A DNA stretch of 57,415 bases from Deltaproteobacteria bacterium. Its GTDB lineage: Bacteria; Myxococcota; Myxococcia; Myxococcales; 40CM-4-68-19. This document shows positions 14,355 to 23,768 of this stretch, one piece after another. Below the pieces are notes generated by a model, which searched no databases, was not told the DNA's origin, and saw only the letters and a list, made by a program, of their open reading frames with translations. The number at the start of each line of letters is the position of its first letter. Position 1 is the stretch's first letter. A program made the position numbers and the translations under genes. Location of the stretch: assembly GCA_005888115.1 (NCBI GenBank), contig VBKO01000341.1, forward strand, positions 1 through 57,415, written 5' to 3'.

Positions 14355-15695
14355 TTATCCGCCCGACCGGCCGCCTGCGCGCCCGAAGGACCCGCTCCGA
14401 CCGGAGCGGATGCCGGTGATGGTGCCCGTCGACCGCGACGCGCGAACCGACACGCGGCCGAAGCCGGACGGTTTCTGCTTGCCGATGCCCGTCCCGCCTC
14501 CCAAGGTGCGCGACGAGAAGATCGTCGGGCGCAGCGCCGGCCGGTACGCGGCCCCGGCGGACACCTGCGACGGCTGCACCGGCGCCGGCTGCGCCTGGAC
14601 CTGCGGCGTGTGCCAGCCGTAGCTGCTCCAGAACCAGAGGTGGGTGTGCGGACCGCCACCGTAATAGAAGGTCGCGGGCGCGCGGCCGGACGCAGCCGGC
14701 GCGTCCAGGTCGGTGAGCGGCATCGACTTGACGTCGATCGACGCGGCCGCCAGCGCGACGAAATCGTCGTTGAGATCGTCGAGCTCACGCATGTCCGACT
14801 TGCCCGGTGGGACGTAGAGGACGTGGCGGATGCCGAGCTCGCGCAGGCTCGTAGCCGTGGGCAGCCTGGCGACGTAGCGGTTGTCGAACTGGTCGTCTTC
14901 GTCCGCGTAGTGCGACAGGCGGTTGCGGTCGAGCACGAAAACCGGCGGCGCCGGGACGGCACGTGCACTGCGTGCCCGCAGGAAGACGGGCCGGTGGTAC
15001 AGGACCGCGCCGAGAGTCAGGTGCGAGGCCACCACGCCGAGCGGATGAGGCCAGTTGTCGAAGATGAACACCGGCTCGAACCCCGGCGCCATCCCCGCCG
15101 CCACTGCCACCGCGGTCGGGCCGTCGAGATCGAGGATCACGGCGGTGTCCGCTGGCATCTTCACGGCCTCGAAGAGCGACAGGATCGACTTGCCCCGGAG
15201 GGTATCCACGCCGCCCGCCCGGGGCGCCACCGGCGTGATGGCCGCGCGCAGCGAGGCGTTCGACCCGGCGCCCAACGCCTGGAACAGGGTGGGCACGTAG
15301 AACGGGGCGAGCGACGCCTGCGCCGGAGCCAGATCGCTCGCCAGCGTGGCGAGCCCGTCGACCCACCCGGGGCCGCCGTCGGCATCGACCGCGATCGCGC
15401 CGGGGAAGCGAAGCGCGGTACCGGCTTGCCCCGCATTCCATCCCTCGCGCTTCTGGAGGTCCAACGCGTCCATGGTGACGTCGAGCTCGTCCGCAGGCTG
15501 GTTGAGCGCGGCGAAGAGGCCCAGGCCGGCCGCGGACCCGCCCAGCAGCAACAGCAGGCCCTTCAGCGCCCGGCGACGGCTGAGCGGCTCCGCGGACAGA
15601 CGGAGCGACTCCTGCCACCAGCGCGCGCCAACCAGGGTGTCGCCGTCGATCAGCGCCTTCCGGGTGAAGGGCCGGTCGGGAGGGGCCTCGCTCAT
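14355..15695 (-). CDS. Hypothetical single-pass/exported protein with RRRALKG twin-arginine-like segment and Gly/Ser/Arg-rich C-terminal tail (DUF1190-like tail)
   Basis: ATG 15695 overlaps the upstream stop (ATGA). It has SRRRALKGLLLLLGGSAAGLGLFAAL. The C-terminus GFGRVSVRASRSTGTITGIRSGRSGSFGRAGGRSGG resembles the tail of E. coli YgiB/YjfM. Confidence 0.7.
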   Translation of the reverse strand: MSEAPPDRPFTRKALIDGDTLVGARWWQESLRLSAEPLSRRRALKGLLLLLGGSAAGLGLFAALNQPADELDVTMDALDLQKREGWNAGQAGTALRFPGAIAVDADGGPGWVDGLATLASDLAPAQASLAPFYVPTLFQALGAGSNASLRAAITPVAPRAGGVDTLRGKSILSLFEAVKMPADTAVILDLDGPTAVAVAAGMAPGFEPVFIFDNWPHPLGVVASHLTLGAVLYHRPVFLRARSARAVPAPPVFVLDRNRLSHYADEDDQFDNRYVARLPTATSLRELGIRHVLYVPPGKSDMRELDDLNDDFVALAAASIDVKSMPLTDLDAPAASGRAPATFYYGGGPHTHLWFWSSYGWHTPQVQAQPAPVQPSQVSAGAAYRPALRPTIFSSRTLGGGTGIGKQKPSGFGRVSVRASRSTGTITGIRSGRSGSFGRAGGRSGG

Positions 15696-16981
15696 GGGCG
15701 CGCCTCTGGCCGGACGAGCACTGGCGCGGAGAGCGCGTGGCGGTCGGTCCCCGCGACGGAGAGGCGCGTGTACAGGCCCGACGCCTCTCCCGCCACCAGA
15801 TAGACGCCGTGGTTCGCGGCGGCGCCATCCGGGCCGCGCAGGGCGTGGAAATGGCGTTGCGCCACCCACCGCCCGGGCACCGCGGCCACGAGCGACGCCT
15901 CCCAGACGTCGGGCGCGGTCTCCGCCCCGATGACCACCTCGTCGCCCTCGCACCCGTAGTCCGACTTGAGGACCCAGGACTCCCGCTCGGCGCGGAGGCG
16001 CGCGGGCGACAGCCTCTCCAACCGCACGGTCTCGGGAAGGTATCTCTCGATGGCGGCGCGGCTCCTCGGAGAGAAGAGGTCCATGCGTTCCCAGAGGAGC
16101 GCCATTGCGCGCTTGTTCTGGGGCACCACGGCGCCGAACGGATTCACGACCGCGCACCGCCCGTCGAGCGCGCTGCCCAGGATGACGGCGAGCTCCTCGG
16201 AAAGAGGATCGGGATCGGGCACCTTCGGCTCGTCGGACCAGACGGGCCTCCGCTCCGACCACCAGTCGGTCTTGTAGTGCCGCACGAACACGTCGCAGGG
16301 GGTGTCGAAGAGCCCCGCCTGCCGGGCGCCGAGACGGCGGAGGTTGAAGGGCGAGCCCAGGGTGACGCGCCAGCCGCGCTCCTCGAACCACTCCCGGTAG
16401 AGGAGGACCATGGAAAGGTCCTCGGGCATCTCCGTCGGATAGATCAATCCGACCGAGAGGGGTGCGCCTGCCGCGGCGGCAGGGTCCAAGCGCCCGACAC
16501 GGGCGGCAACGGCGGCGATCATCGCGCAGAACCGGTTGCCCAGCTCGCAATTCGGATCGCAAAGGTCGGGAAAGGCGGGGGCGACGGTCCGGTTGAGGAG
16601 GACCGCCTCCGCCTCGCCGCTCGGGGTATCGCAGTTCAGCTCGCACAGGACCGGGCCCTGCTCGGTGAGAAACACGTCGGCACGCGCGATGCCGTGCCAA
16701 TGCGGCGCCGACGAGAACCACAACGCCTGCTGCACCGGCGTGAGGCCGAGAAACTCCTCGACCAGCGCAGGATCCGCGGCGCAGCGGAGGCAGAGCTCGT
16801 TGTACGCCGCTGCCATCTCCTCCGCCGCCCGGTAGAGCGACGCCTGCACGGCCGAGGTGATCACGACGGGCCGCGGATGGAACCGGGGCTGCCCCTCGAA
16901 CCAGGGATCGGAGATGAGGCCGAAGGCGGTGAGCCGTGCCGCGAATCCGGCGTAGTCCCAGGCACCGGCGGGGGCCGTCAC
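15692..16981 (-). CDS. Glutathionylspermidine synthase family (pre-ATP-grasp) protein, YgiC/YjfC-like
   Basis: GTG 16981 has GGAG 7 nt upstream. 429 aa with LCELNCDTPSGEAEAVLLN (compare YgiC LLENNADTPTS) and an ATP-grasp-like C-terminal half. Confidence 0.85.
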   Translation of the reverse strand: MTAPAGAWDYAGFAARLTAFGLISDPWFEGQPRFHPRPVVITSAVQASLYRAAEEMAAAYNELCLRCAADPALVEEFLGLTPVQQALWFSSAPHWHGIARADVFLTEQGPVLCELNCDTPSGEAEAVLLNRTVAPAFPDLCDPNCELGNRFCAMIAAVAARVGRLDPAAAAGAPLSVGLIYPTEMPEDLSMVLLYREWFEERGWRVTLGSPFNLRRLGARQAGLFDTPCDVFVRHYKTDWWSERRPVWSDEPKVPDPDPLSEELAVILGSALDGRCAVVNPFGAVVPQNKRAMALLWERMDLFSPRSRAAIERYLPETVRLERLSPARLRAERESWVLKSDYGCEGDEVVIGAETAPDVWEASLVAAVPGRWVAQRHFHALRGPDGAAANHGVYLVAGEASGLYTRLSVAGTDRHALSAPVLVRPEARP

Positions 16982-17040
16982 GCGATCTCCGTGAGCAGCA
17001 CCGCGGCCGCCAGGTACGAGACCGCCTCGACCGCGCTGAC

Positions 17041-17727
17041 TCACACGTTGCGCTGCTGCGCCACCAGCCGGTCGAGGGGCCCGCCTCGCAGCGCGAACGG
17101 CTGGCGCAGCATCAGCGTCTGCACGACCAGCTGCCGGACCGGGTACAGCACCAGCGCCGATGCGAGCGCCGCCGCGTATGCGCGCAACGATGCGGCCCAG
17201 CCGGCGAAGGTGCCCTCGGTCGCGTGACCGACGATCATCGCGATCGCCACCATGGCACCCGCGTAGCTCACCGCCGCCGCCACGTTCTCGCCCATGATCT
17301 CCTGGTCCTCGGCGTAGAGGGTGAGGAAGCGGAAGAGGACGACGAACAGGTGCAGCGTCGCTTGCCCGAGGACGAAGAACACGACGGAAATGCCCAGCGT
17401 GGCGATGTCGTCCCCGTACAGGCACGGGGCGATGACGAGGCCCGTCGCGACGAAGTGGGCTCCGGCGGCCACCCCGGCGGCCAGGTTTCCTCGGGCAATC
17501 TCTCCCGGAAGACGCGAGCGGAGGAGCACCCGGATCCCGAGGGATCCCGCGGCGGCGAAGAGCAGGATGGCGCTCCCGCCGAACACCGCCGTCCAGAGGA
17601 GGTCGGCCTTCCAGTCGATGCCGTGAACGCATCCGCGGATCGCCGAGGCGACGATGAAGGCCGCGCCGCAGACGAACCCGGCGCGCACGATCGCCCGCGC
17701 CGGGTTGATGTGGGCCGCGTCGCTCAT
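17041..17727 (-). CDS. DUF350 domain-containing membrane protein
   Basis: 228 aa, multi-TM, YjfL-like. ATG 17727 overlaps the gmk stop (ATGA). Confidence 0.8.
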   Translation of the reverse strand: MSDAAHINPARAIVRAGFVCGAAFIVASAIRGCVHGIDWKADLLWTAVFGGSAILLFAAAGSLGIRVLLRSRLPGEIARGNLAAGVAAGAHFVATGLVIAPCLYGDDIATLGISVVFFVLGQATLHLFVVLFRFLTLYAEDQEIMGENVAAAVSYAGAMVAIAMIVGHATEGTFAGWAASLRAYAAALASALVLYPVRQLVVQTLMLRQPFALRGGPLDRLVAQQRNV

Positions 17728-18323
17728 TCGAGGATTTTCTGCAGATCCGCGCGCCCCGCCCGGCAGCCTTCCGCTCTCACGATCGCTTCCAGGTCGGCGT
17801 ACGCGCGGTCCAGGTCGTCGTTCACGATCCAGTACTCGTAACCCTCGGCCCGGGCGAGGAGCACTTCCACCCGGGCGGCGTGCAGGCGCCGACGGATGGT
17901 GGTGTCGTCGTCGGTCGAGCGCGCCCGCAGCCGCCGCTCGAGCTCCGCCAGCGAAGGCGGCAGGACCAGCGCCCGGAGCGCCTCGGGGTACTGGCGCTTG
18001 ATCGCGCTCCCACCCTGCACGTCGATGTCGAAGACCACCAGCGCGCCCCGGCGCTGCGCTTCCAGGATGGCCGCCCGCGGAGTGCCGTAGCGGTGGCCGT
18101 GCACCGGCGCCCACTCGACGAACTCGCCGCCCTGGATCATCGCGTCGAACCGGGCGTCGTCGACGAAGTGGTAGTCGACGCCCTCGCGCTCGCCCGGCCG
18201 CGGCGCCCGGGTGGTGTAGCTGACCGAGAAGATCGCGCCCGGATGGGCAGCGACCAGCCGGCGCGCCAGCGTGGTCTTCCCGGTTCCGGACGGTGCGCTG
18301 AGGATGAGGAGGGTGGCGCTCAT
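17724..18323 (-). CDS. gmk: Guanylate kinase
   Basis: P-loop SAPSGTGKTTL, YTTRAPRPGEREGVDYHF; 199 aa. Confidence 0.95.
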   Translation of the reverse strand: MSATLLILSAPSGTGKTTLARRLVAAHPGAIFSVSYTTRAPRPGEREGVDYHFVDDARFDAMIQGGEFVEWAPVHGHRYGTPRAAILEAQRRGALVVFDIDVQGGSAIKRQYPEALRALVLPPSLAELERRLRARSTDDDTTIRRRLHAARVEVLLARAEGYEYWIVNDDLDRAYADLEAIVRAEGCRAGRADLQKILE

Positions 18324-19201
18324 TCGACGTTGGCGATCTGCTCGCGGACGCGCTCCAGCTCCGCCTTGAGCTCCACCACCTGGGCCGCGATGCCGGCTTG
18401 CTGCGACTTGGATCCGATGGTGTTGACCTCGCGGTTGACTTCCTGGACGAGGAACTCCAGGCGCCGGCCGGCCGGGGCATCGGTCCCCACGAGCGCGCGC
18501 AGCTGGGCCAGGTGGCTGCCCAGGCGCGTGAGCTCCTCCGCCACGTCGACGCGCTCGGCGAAGAACGCCACCTCTTGCGCGAGGCGCGCCGGGTCGGCGG
18601 GCACGCCGCGCGACAGCTCGGCGACGCGCGCGGCGAGGCGCTCCCGGTACGCCTCGACCGACTGGGGCGCGGCGGCCCGGATGGCGGCGGCGCCCTTCTC
18701 CACCGCCGCGAGGCGCGCGGACAGATCGCGGGCCAATGCCTCTCCCTCGCGGCGGCGCATCTCCTCCAGAGCGTCGAGCGCGGCCGAGAGGGCGCGCTCG
18801 AGCGCCTCGGCGGCCGGGCCCGGATCGGCGGCGGACTCGGACAGGCCCACCACGCCTTCCAATCCGACCAGGTCATGGACGGTCACCTCGCCCGCGAGTC
18901 CCAGCTCGGCGCGCATCTCGCGCAGCGCTTTGGCGTACGCCGCCGCCAGGGGCAGATCGACGCGCGGCACCGCGCCGCGGATGCTGCCGGGCGACTCGCG
19001 CCGGACGCTCACGTCGACCACGCCCCGCGCGACGCGCGCCTTGACGATCTTCGCGATCACCGGCTCCAGCGCGGACAGGTCGCGCGGCAGGTGCACGCGC
19101 ACGTCGCAGAACTTCCCGTTCACCGACCGGAGCTCGACGGCGACGGTCTCGCCGCCCGCCTGCGCGCGCCCGGCGCCGAAGCCGGTCATCGAACGGATCA
19201 C
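18320..19201 (-). CDS. yicC: YicC family stress-induced protein / endoribonuclease
   Basis: GTG 19201 gives VIRSMTGFG, matching E. coli MIRSMTAYA. The C-terminus is EFLVQEVNREVNTIGSKS...ELKAELERVREQIANVE. The stop overlaps the gmk ATG. Confidence 0.9.
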   Translation of the reverse strand: MIRSMTGFGAGRAQAGGETVAVELRSVNGKFCDVRVHLPRDLSALEPVIAKIVKARVARGVVDVSVRRESPGSIRGAVPRVDLPLAAAYAKALREMRAELGLAGEVTVHDLVGLEGVVGLSESAADPGPAAEALERALSAALDALEEMRRREGEALARDLSARLAAVEKGAAAIRAAAPQSVEAYRERLAARVAELSRGVPADPARLAQEVAFFAERVDVAEELTRLGSHLAQLRALVGTDAPAGRRLEFLVQEVNREVNTIGSKSQQAGIAAQVVELKAELERVREQIANVE

Positions 19202-19217
19202 GCCGGCTCCGGGCCCG

Positions 19218-20297
19218 TCATCGCCCGGCAGGTTCGACCGCGGCTTGTGCCCTGTCAAGGAGACGGCCGGCGGCCGCCGCCGCTTCTTCGACCTCGGGGT
19301 AGACCAGCGCGGCGAACCGCGGGCCTGGGTGCGACCAACGGATGCCTTCTGGCGCATGGAGCAGTGCCAGCACCGGCGCGCCGCAAGCGGCGGCGAGGTG
19401 CATCGGCCCGGTGTCGTTCGTCACCACCAGGGCGGCGCGGCGGAACAGCGCCGCCAGTCGGGCGAGGTCGGTCGGCGGTGCCAGGAAAGCCGCTCCCCCG
19501 GAGGACTCCGCGACCTCGCGGGCGAGCGACTCTTCTCCGGGACCCCAGGTGAGCAGGGACGGCACGCCCCGCGAACGCAGCGCGCGCGCAAGCCCGGCGA
19601 ACCGGACGGCAGGCCAGCGGTGGTCCGCCTTTCGCGCGCCGGGGTTCAGCGCAGCGAACACGGGCAGATCGCGACTCACTTCGGCGGCCCACGAGGCGTG
19701 CTCGATCCCGAGCGCCGTCTGCAGCGCGGGCGCGGCGGGCGGGCTCAGCCCGAGCCCGCGCAACAGCAAGAGCTTGGCCTGCAGCTCCGGCATGTCCGGA
19801 GGAGGGGGAGGCTCGGCGTGCGAATAGAGGTGCGAGGCGCCGCGCGAGGCGCCCACCAGCCAGCGGCGTGAAGCGATCCGGGACAGCAGCGCCGAGGTGA
19901 GCGAGAACGCGTGCCAGTGGGCGGCGTCGATGACCGCGTCGTAACCCGCCGAGCGCAGCGCGCGGAGGAAACGGACGAAGCGCAGCGGGTGGCGGAACGC
20001 GTCGGTCTTCTCGAACTGCACGACCCGGACGCCGCGGAGGCCCTCGGCGACCGCCGCCCGGCGGCGCGCGAGCAGCAGATCGATCCGCGCCCGCGGGAGC
20101 GCGTCGCGCAGCGCCAGCGCGAGCGGGACCGTCAGCAGCGCGTTTCCCACCCGGTCGTCCGGCCGGACCACCAGGACGCGGCGCAGCTCGGCAGGCTCGG
20201 GACGATCTCCGGCGAGCGGGAGGACCAATGCGGCAAGGCGCGCGAACGCCCGCGCGGCGAGGCCGGGCGGAGGATCGAGCCGCGCATCCGCGGTCAC
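19218..20297 (-). CDS. Glycosyltransferase family 9 (heptosyltransferase-like)
   Basis: 359 aa. GTG 20297 overlaps the upstream stop (GTGA). GT9 C-terminal motif VTNDTGPMHLAAACGAPV. Confidence 0.85.
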   Translation of the reverse strand: MTADARLDPPPGLAARAFARLAALVLPLAGDRPEPAELRRVLVVRPDDRVGNALLTVPLALALRDALPRARIDLLLARRRAAVAEGLRGVRVVQFEKTDAFRHPLRFVRFLRALRSAGYDAVIDAAHWHAFSLTSALLSRIASRRWLVGASRGASHLYSHAEPPPPPDMPELQAKLLLLRGLGLSPPAAPALQTALGIEHASWAAEVSRDLPVFAALNPGARKADHRWPAVRFAGLARALRSRGVPSLLTWGPGEESLAREVAESSGGAAFLAPPTDLARLAALFRRAALVVTNDTGPMHLAAACGAPVLALLHAPEGIRWSHPGPRFAALVYPEVEEAAAAAGRLLDRAQAAVEPAGR

Positions 20298-21283
20298 GCC
20301 AGCACCGCCTCGCAGTGCTCCAGCACCAGCCCGGCCGGAAGGTCCCGCAGGCAGCGGTGATGCCCTAGCGGGCAGCGGCGCTGCCCGTGCGCGCTGCACG
20401 GCGAGCAGTCGAGACCGAGCGTGACGGCGCGTTCCTTGGGGCCCAGCTCGTGCACGAGGGGCGCGGTCGGCCCGAACAGCGCCACGGTGGGAACTCCCAT
20501 CGCCCGGGCTGCATGAACGAGCCCGCTGTCGCCGCCGACGCAGATCGCGCTGCGCGCGAGGATGGCGAGCGCCTCCCCGATCGAGTTGCCGGTCGTGTCG
20601 AGGCAGCGCGCACCCGCGCGCGCCTGCACCGCCTCCGCGAGCGGCTTCTCGCGGGGCCCTCCCAGCAGGACGGGCGTCAGACCACGTTCCGCCAGGTGGT
20701 CGGCGAGGGTCGCGAAGTGCGCCGCCGGCCAGATCTTCGTTTCCCATTCCGAGCCGATGCAGAGAGCGGCGGGCGCGGAGGACACGCCGCGCAGCCGCTC
20801 ATCCGCCGCGCGCACCCACTCGGGCCGGGGTGCGAGCCGCATCGGGCGCGGCTCGGCGCCGAGCGCCCGGGCCAGCGCGGCCTCGCGCCGCGTGTACGGA
20901 CCGGCCGGCGCGGCGACGCGTCCGGTGTAGAGCGGCGACCCCGGCGCGCCGCGGAACCCGACCCGCCGCGGGATCCTGGCCAGCCAGGCGAGCAGCGCGC
21001 TGCGCGGTGACCGATGCGGAAGCGCCGCGGCATCGTACCTTCGCTCGCGCAGCCGCCGGGCGGCCCGCCACAGGCCCGCGGGGCCGGCGTCGTCACCGCG
21101 CTTGTCGAAGACCTGCACGCGGGCCGCGCCGGGCATGGCCAGAGCCGCGTCGCGCCCTCGTGGAGTCACGCACACGTCCACCTCGGCGAACCGCTCCGCC
21201 AGCGCGTCGACCAAGGCGGAAGTGAACACCACGTCGCCCAGGAACGCCGGCTGCACCACCAGCACCCGGCCGGCCCGCGCCAT
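20294..21283 (-). CDS. Glycosyltransferase family 9, ADP-heptose:LPS heptosyltransferase II-like
   Basis: 329 aa: [67 protein letters not shown]. Confidence 0.85.
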   Translation of the reverse strand: MARAGRVLVVQPAFLGDVVFTSALVDALAERFAEVDVCVTPRGRDAALAMPGAARVQVFDKRGDDAGPAGLWRAARRLRERRYDAAALPHRSPRSALLAWLARIPRRVGFRGAPGSPLYTGRVAAPAGPYTRREAALARALGAEPRPMRLAPRPEWVRAADERLRGVSSAPAALCIGSEWETKIWPAAHFATLADHLAERGLTPVLLGGPREKPLAEAVQARAGARCLDTTGNSIGEALAILARSAICVGGDSGLVHAARAMGVPTVALFGPTAPLVHELGPKERAVTLGLDCSPCSAHGQRRCPLGHHRCLRDLPAGLVLEHCEAVLA

Positions 21284-21480
21284 CAGGCCTCCAGCGGCCT
21301 CGCCTCGTCCACCAGCATGACCGGGATGTCGTCCTCGATCCGGTAGACGAGCTTGCAGTGGTGGCAGACGATCTCGTTCTGGGGATCGCGGAACTCCAGC
21401 TCGCCCTTGCACCTGGGGCAAGCGAGAATGTCCTTCAGCTCCTGCGCGATCGGCATCCTGCCCTGGATACCACGGGTCAT
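21283..21480 (-). CDS. Trm112 family (UPF0434/YcaR-like) zinc-ribbon protein
   Basis: [13 protein letters not shown]...[24 protein letters not shown]. The ATG at 21480 overlaps the upstream stop. An alternative start is MPIAQ at 21456. Confidence 0.8.
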   Translation of the reverse strand: MTRGIQGRMPIAQELKDILACPRCKGELEFRDPQNEIVCHHCKLVYRIEDDIPVMLVDEARPLEA

Positions 21481-22646
21481 CGCAGCGCGTCCCGCGCCGA
21501 GCCGGGGAAGCGCGACAGCTCCCACAACCGGGCGTAGCGCGCGTACGCCTCGTAGGCGCGCGCCCACGCCATCGCCGCGCCCGGCGCGCCGTCGAGGAAC
21601 CCGGCGCGCAGCAGGTACCCACGCACGAACCTCCACAGCGGGCGCAGCGCCACCTCCCAGGCCGCCGCCCGCCGGCCCTGCGCGAACAGCGCCTGCGCGG
21701 CACGCTCGCCATACCGCTCCATCTTGGCGAGGCAGTGCGCGAGGGATCCCCAGGTGTGATGGAGGACGGGCGCGTCGAGCCGCGCGGTGGCCCCGTCCAC
21801 CAGCAGCTTCTCGTGAACCGGCCTTTCAGGGTCGTAGCGGCAGCGGTCCTTCCGGAACAGCCGCACGTGGCGGTCGGGCCAGAACCCTCCGTGCCGCAGC
21901 CAGACGCCGCGGAAGTGGTTCTTGAAGGGCAGCGCGTACGCGCTTGCCGCGCCGCGCAGCGCCCCGGGCGCAGCGGCCGCCAGCTCGGGAGAGGCGCGCT
22001 CGTCGGCGTCGATCGAGAGGATCCACTCTCCGCGCGCCTGCGTGCGCGCGAACTCGTGCTGGCGAGCGAAATCGTCGAACGGACGCTCGACCACGCGCGC
22101 CCCCAGGCGCGCGGCCAGCTCGCGCGTCCCGTCGCGGGACCCGCCGTCCACCACCAGCACCTCGTCGCAGAATCCCTCCCGGATGCGGGCCACGAGATCG
22201 GTCGTCGAGTGGTCCTTCGCATCGCCGGCGATCGCGGTGCGCCCGCCCAGGCGCGCGACGACCTCGCGCTCGGGGACGGATTCCTCGGTGTAGTCGGTGC
22301 CTTTGACGTGCAGATCGGGACGAAGCGCCGTCAGCAGCTCGACGGCGTCGGGCTCGTCGAACAGCACCACCAGGTCGACGCATCCGAGCGCCGCGACCAG
22401 CTCGGCCCGCTCGCGCTCCGGCAGGATGGGGCGCCCTGGACCCTTGCTGGCCCGCACGCTCCGATCGGTATTGACGCCGACGACGAGGAGACCTCCGCGG
22501 GTCAGGTCCTTCGCGCCCTGCAGATAGCGGACGTGCCCGACGTGAAGCAGGTCGAAGGCGCCGTTCGCGACCGCCACCACCGTGCCCTGGGCGCGCGCCG
22601 ACTCGCGCGCAAGGGCAGCCTGCGCGAGCGGCACGAGCTTGTTCAC
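21477..22646 (-). CDS. hldC: D-beta-D-heptose 1-phosphate adenylyltransferase fused in frame to an N-terminally truncated WaaE/KdtX-like GT2 glycosyltransferase
   Basis: The N-terminal 159 aa form a complete cytidylyltransferase domain ([15 protein letters not shown] ... [14 protein letters not shown]). This is followed directly by [15 protein letters not shown]...ILSIDADE...LLRAGFLDG, which is a GT2 lacking its first ~27 aa. Confidence 0.85.
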   Translation of the reverse strand: MNKLVPLAQAALARESARAQGTVVAVANGAFDLLHVGHVRYLQGAKDLTRGGLLVVGVNTDRSVRASKGPGRPILPERERAELVAALGCVDLVVLFDEPDAVELLTALRPDLHVKGTDYTEESVPEREVVARLGGRTAIAGDAKDHSTTDLVARIREGFCDEVLVVDGGSRDGTRELAARLGARVVERPFDDFARQHEFARTQARGEWILSIDADERASPELAAAAPGALRGAASAYALPFKNHFRGVWLRHGGFWPDRHVRLFRKDRCRYDPERPVHEKLLVDGATARLDAPVLHHTWGSLAHCLAKMERYGERAAQALFAQGRRAAAWEVALRPLWRFVRGYLLRAGFLDGAPGAAMAWARAYEAYARYARLWELSRFPGSARDALR

Positions 22647-23746
22647 CGCCGGGCCCTCCGGCGGCGCCCTGGCTCCTGGGCGCCCGCGCTGGCCATCGGC
22701 GAGCGCTCCAGCAACTCCGGCCCGGCGACCGTCGCGCGGAGCAGCTCCTTGCGCAGCTCCGCCGCGCTCACGGTGGCGGTGCCCGGCTTCTGCACCACCA
22801 GCGACGCCGCCACGTTGGCGAGACGCGCGGCCTGCAGCGGGTCGGCGCCGCAGGCGATCCCGAGCGTGTTCGCGGCCATCACCGTGTCGCCGGCGCCGGT
22901 CACGTCCACCGCGGTCGCCGACCCGTGCACGGGCAACGCGGCGGCGGGCGCGCCCGGCCGGAGGAGCAGCATCCCCGCGCGGCCGCGCGTGACCAGGAGC
23001 GAGCTCGCCGCCAGCGACCGCAACAGCTCGCGGCCGGCCTCCTCGATCGCGCCCAGGTCTCCGCCCAGCGGACGGCCCGCGAGCTGCTCCAGCTCCACCT
23101 CGTTCGGCTTCGCCTGAGTGACGCCGCGGTACTGCGACAGGCCGTAGCGCGAGTCGGCGCAGACGATCTTGCCTGCCTTGGCGAGGCCGAGCACCGCCTC
23201 GATGACGGGCGGGCAGAGCAACCCGGCTCCGTAGTCGGACACCATCACCGCGTCGGCGTTCCGGGCGGCTTCCCTGAGCGCGTGCAGCACCCTCGCGAGC
23301 AGAGCGGCCGGCGGCGCGCCCGGCCCGTCCCGGTCGATGCGCAGCATCTGCTGGCGCCGGGTGTTCTTGCCGCCGGCGAGGACGCGGGTCTTGGTCGCCG
23401 TGGGCACGCCCGGCACCGCGATGACGGAGGAGACGTCCGCCCCCGCTTCCGCGAGGAGCTGCCGCAGGCGCGTCCCGGTCGCATCGTCCCCGACCAGGCC
23501 GACCGGCAGGACGCGCGCTCCCAGCGCGCAGAGGTTGGCCACCGCATTGGCGCCGCAGCCGGCTTTTACGTCGCTCGACTCGTAGCGCACGATGAGCACC
23601 GGCGCCTCGCGGCTGACGCGCTCGGTCTCGCCGTACAGGTACTCGTCGGCGACCAGGTCGCCGACCACGGCGATGCGCGCGCCTTCGAAGCGATCGAGGA
23701 GCGAGCGCAGCTCGGCGTTGCGCTGCATGGAGGCGGTGTCTCTCAC
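22643..23746 (-). CDS. hldA: D-beta-D-heptose 7-phosphate kinase (PfkB family, RfaE domain I type)
   Basis: GTG 23746 with GGAG upstream; VVGDLVADEYLYGETERVSREAPV, DVTGAGDTV. The stop overlaps the next start (GTGA). Confidence 0.9.
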   Translation of the reverse strand: MRDTASMQRNAELRSLLDRFEGARIAVVGDLVADEYLYGETERVSREAPVLIVRYESSDVKAGCGANAVANLCALGARVLPVGLVGDDATGTRLRQLLAEAGADVSSVIAVPGVPTATKTRVLAGGKNTRRQQMLRIDRDGPGAPPAALLARVLHALREAARNADAVMVSDYGAGLLCPPVIEAVLGLAKAGKIVCADSRYGLSQYRGVTQAKPNEVELEQLAGRPLGGDLGAIEEAGRELLRSLAASSLLVTRGRAGMLLLRPGAPAAALPVHGSATAVDVTGAGDTVMAANTLGIACGADPLQAARLANVAASLVVQKPGTATVSAAELRKELLRATVAGPELLERSPMASAGAQEPGRRRRARR

Positions 23747-23768
23747 GAACTCCGCTGGGGCGGCAAGT

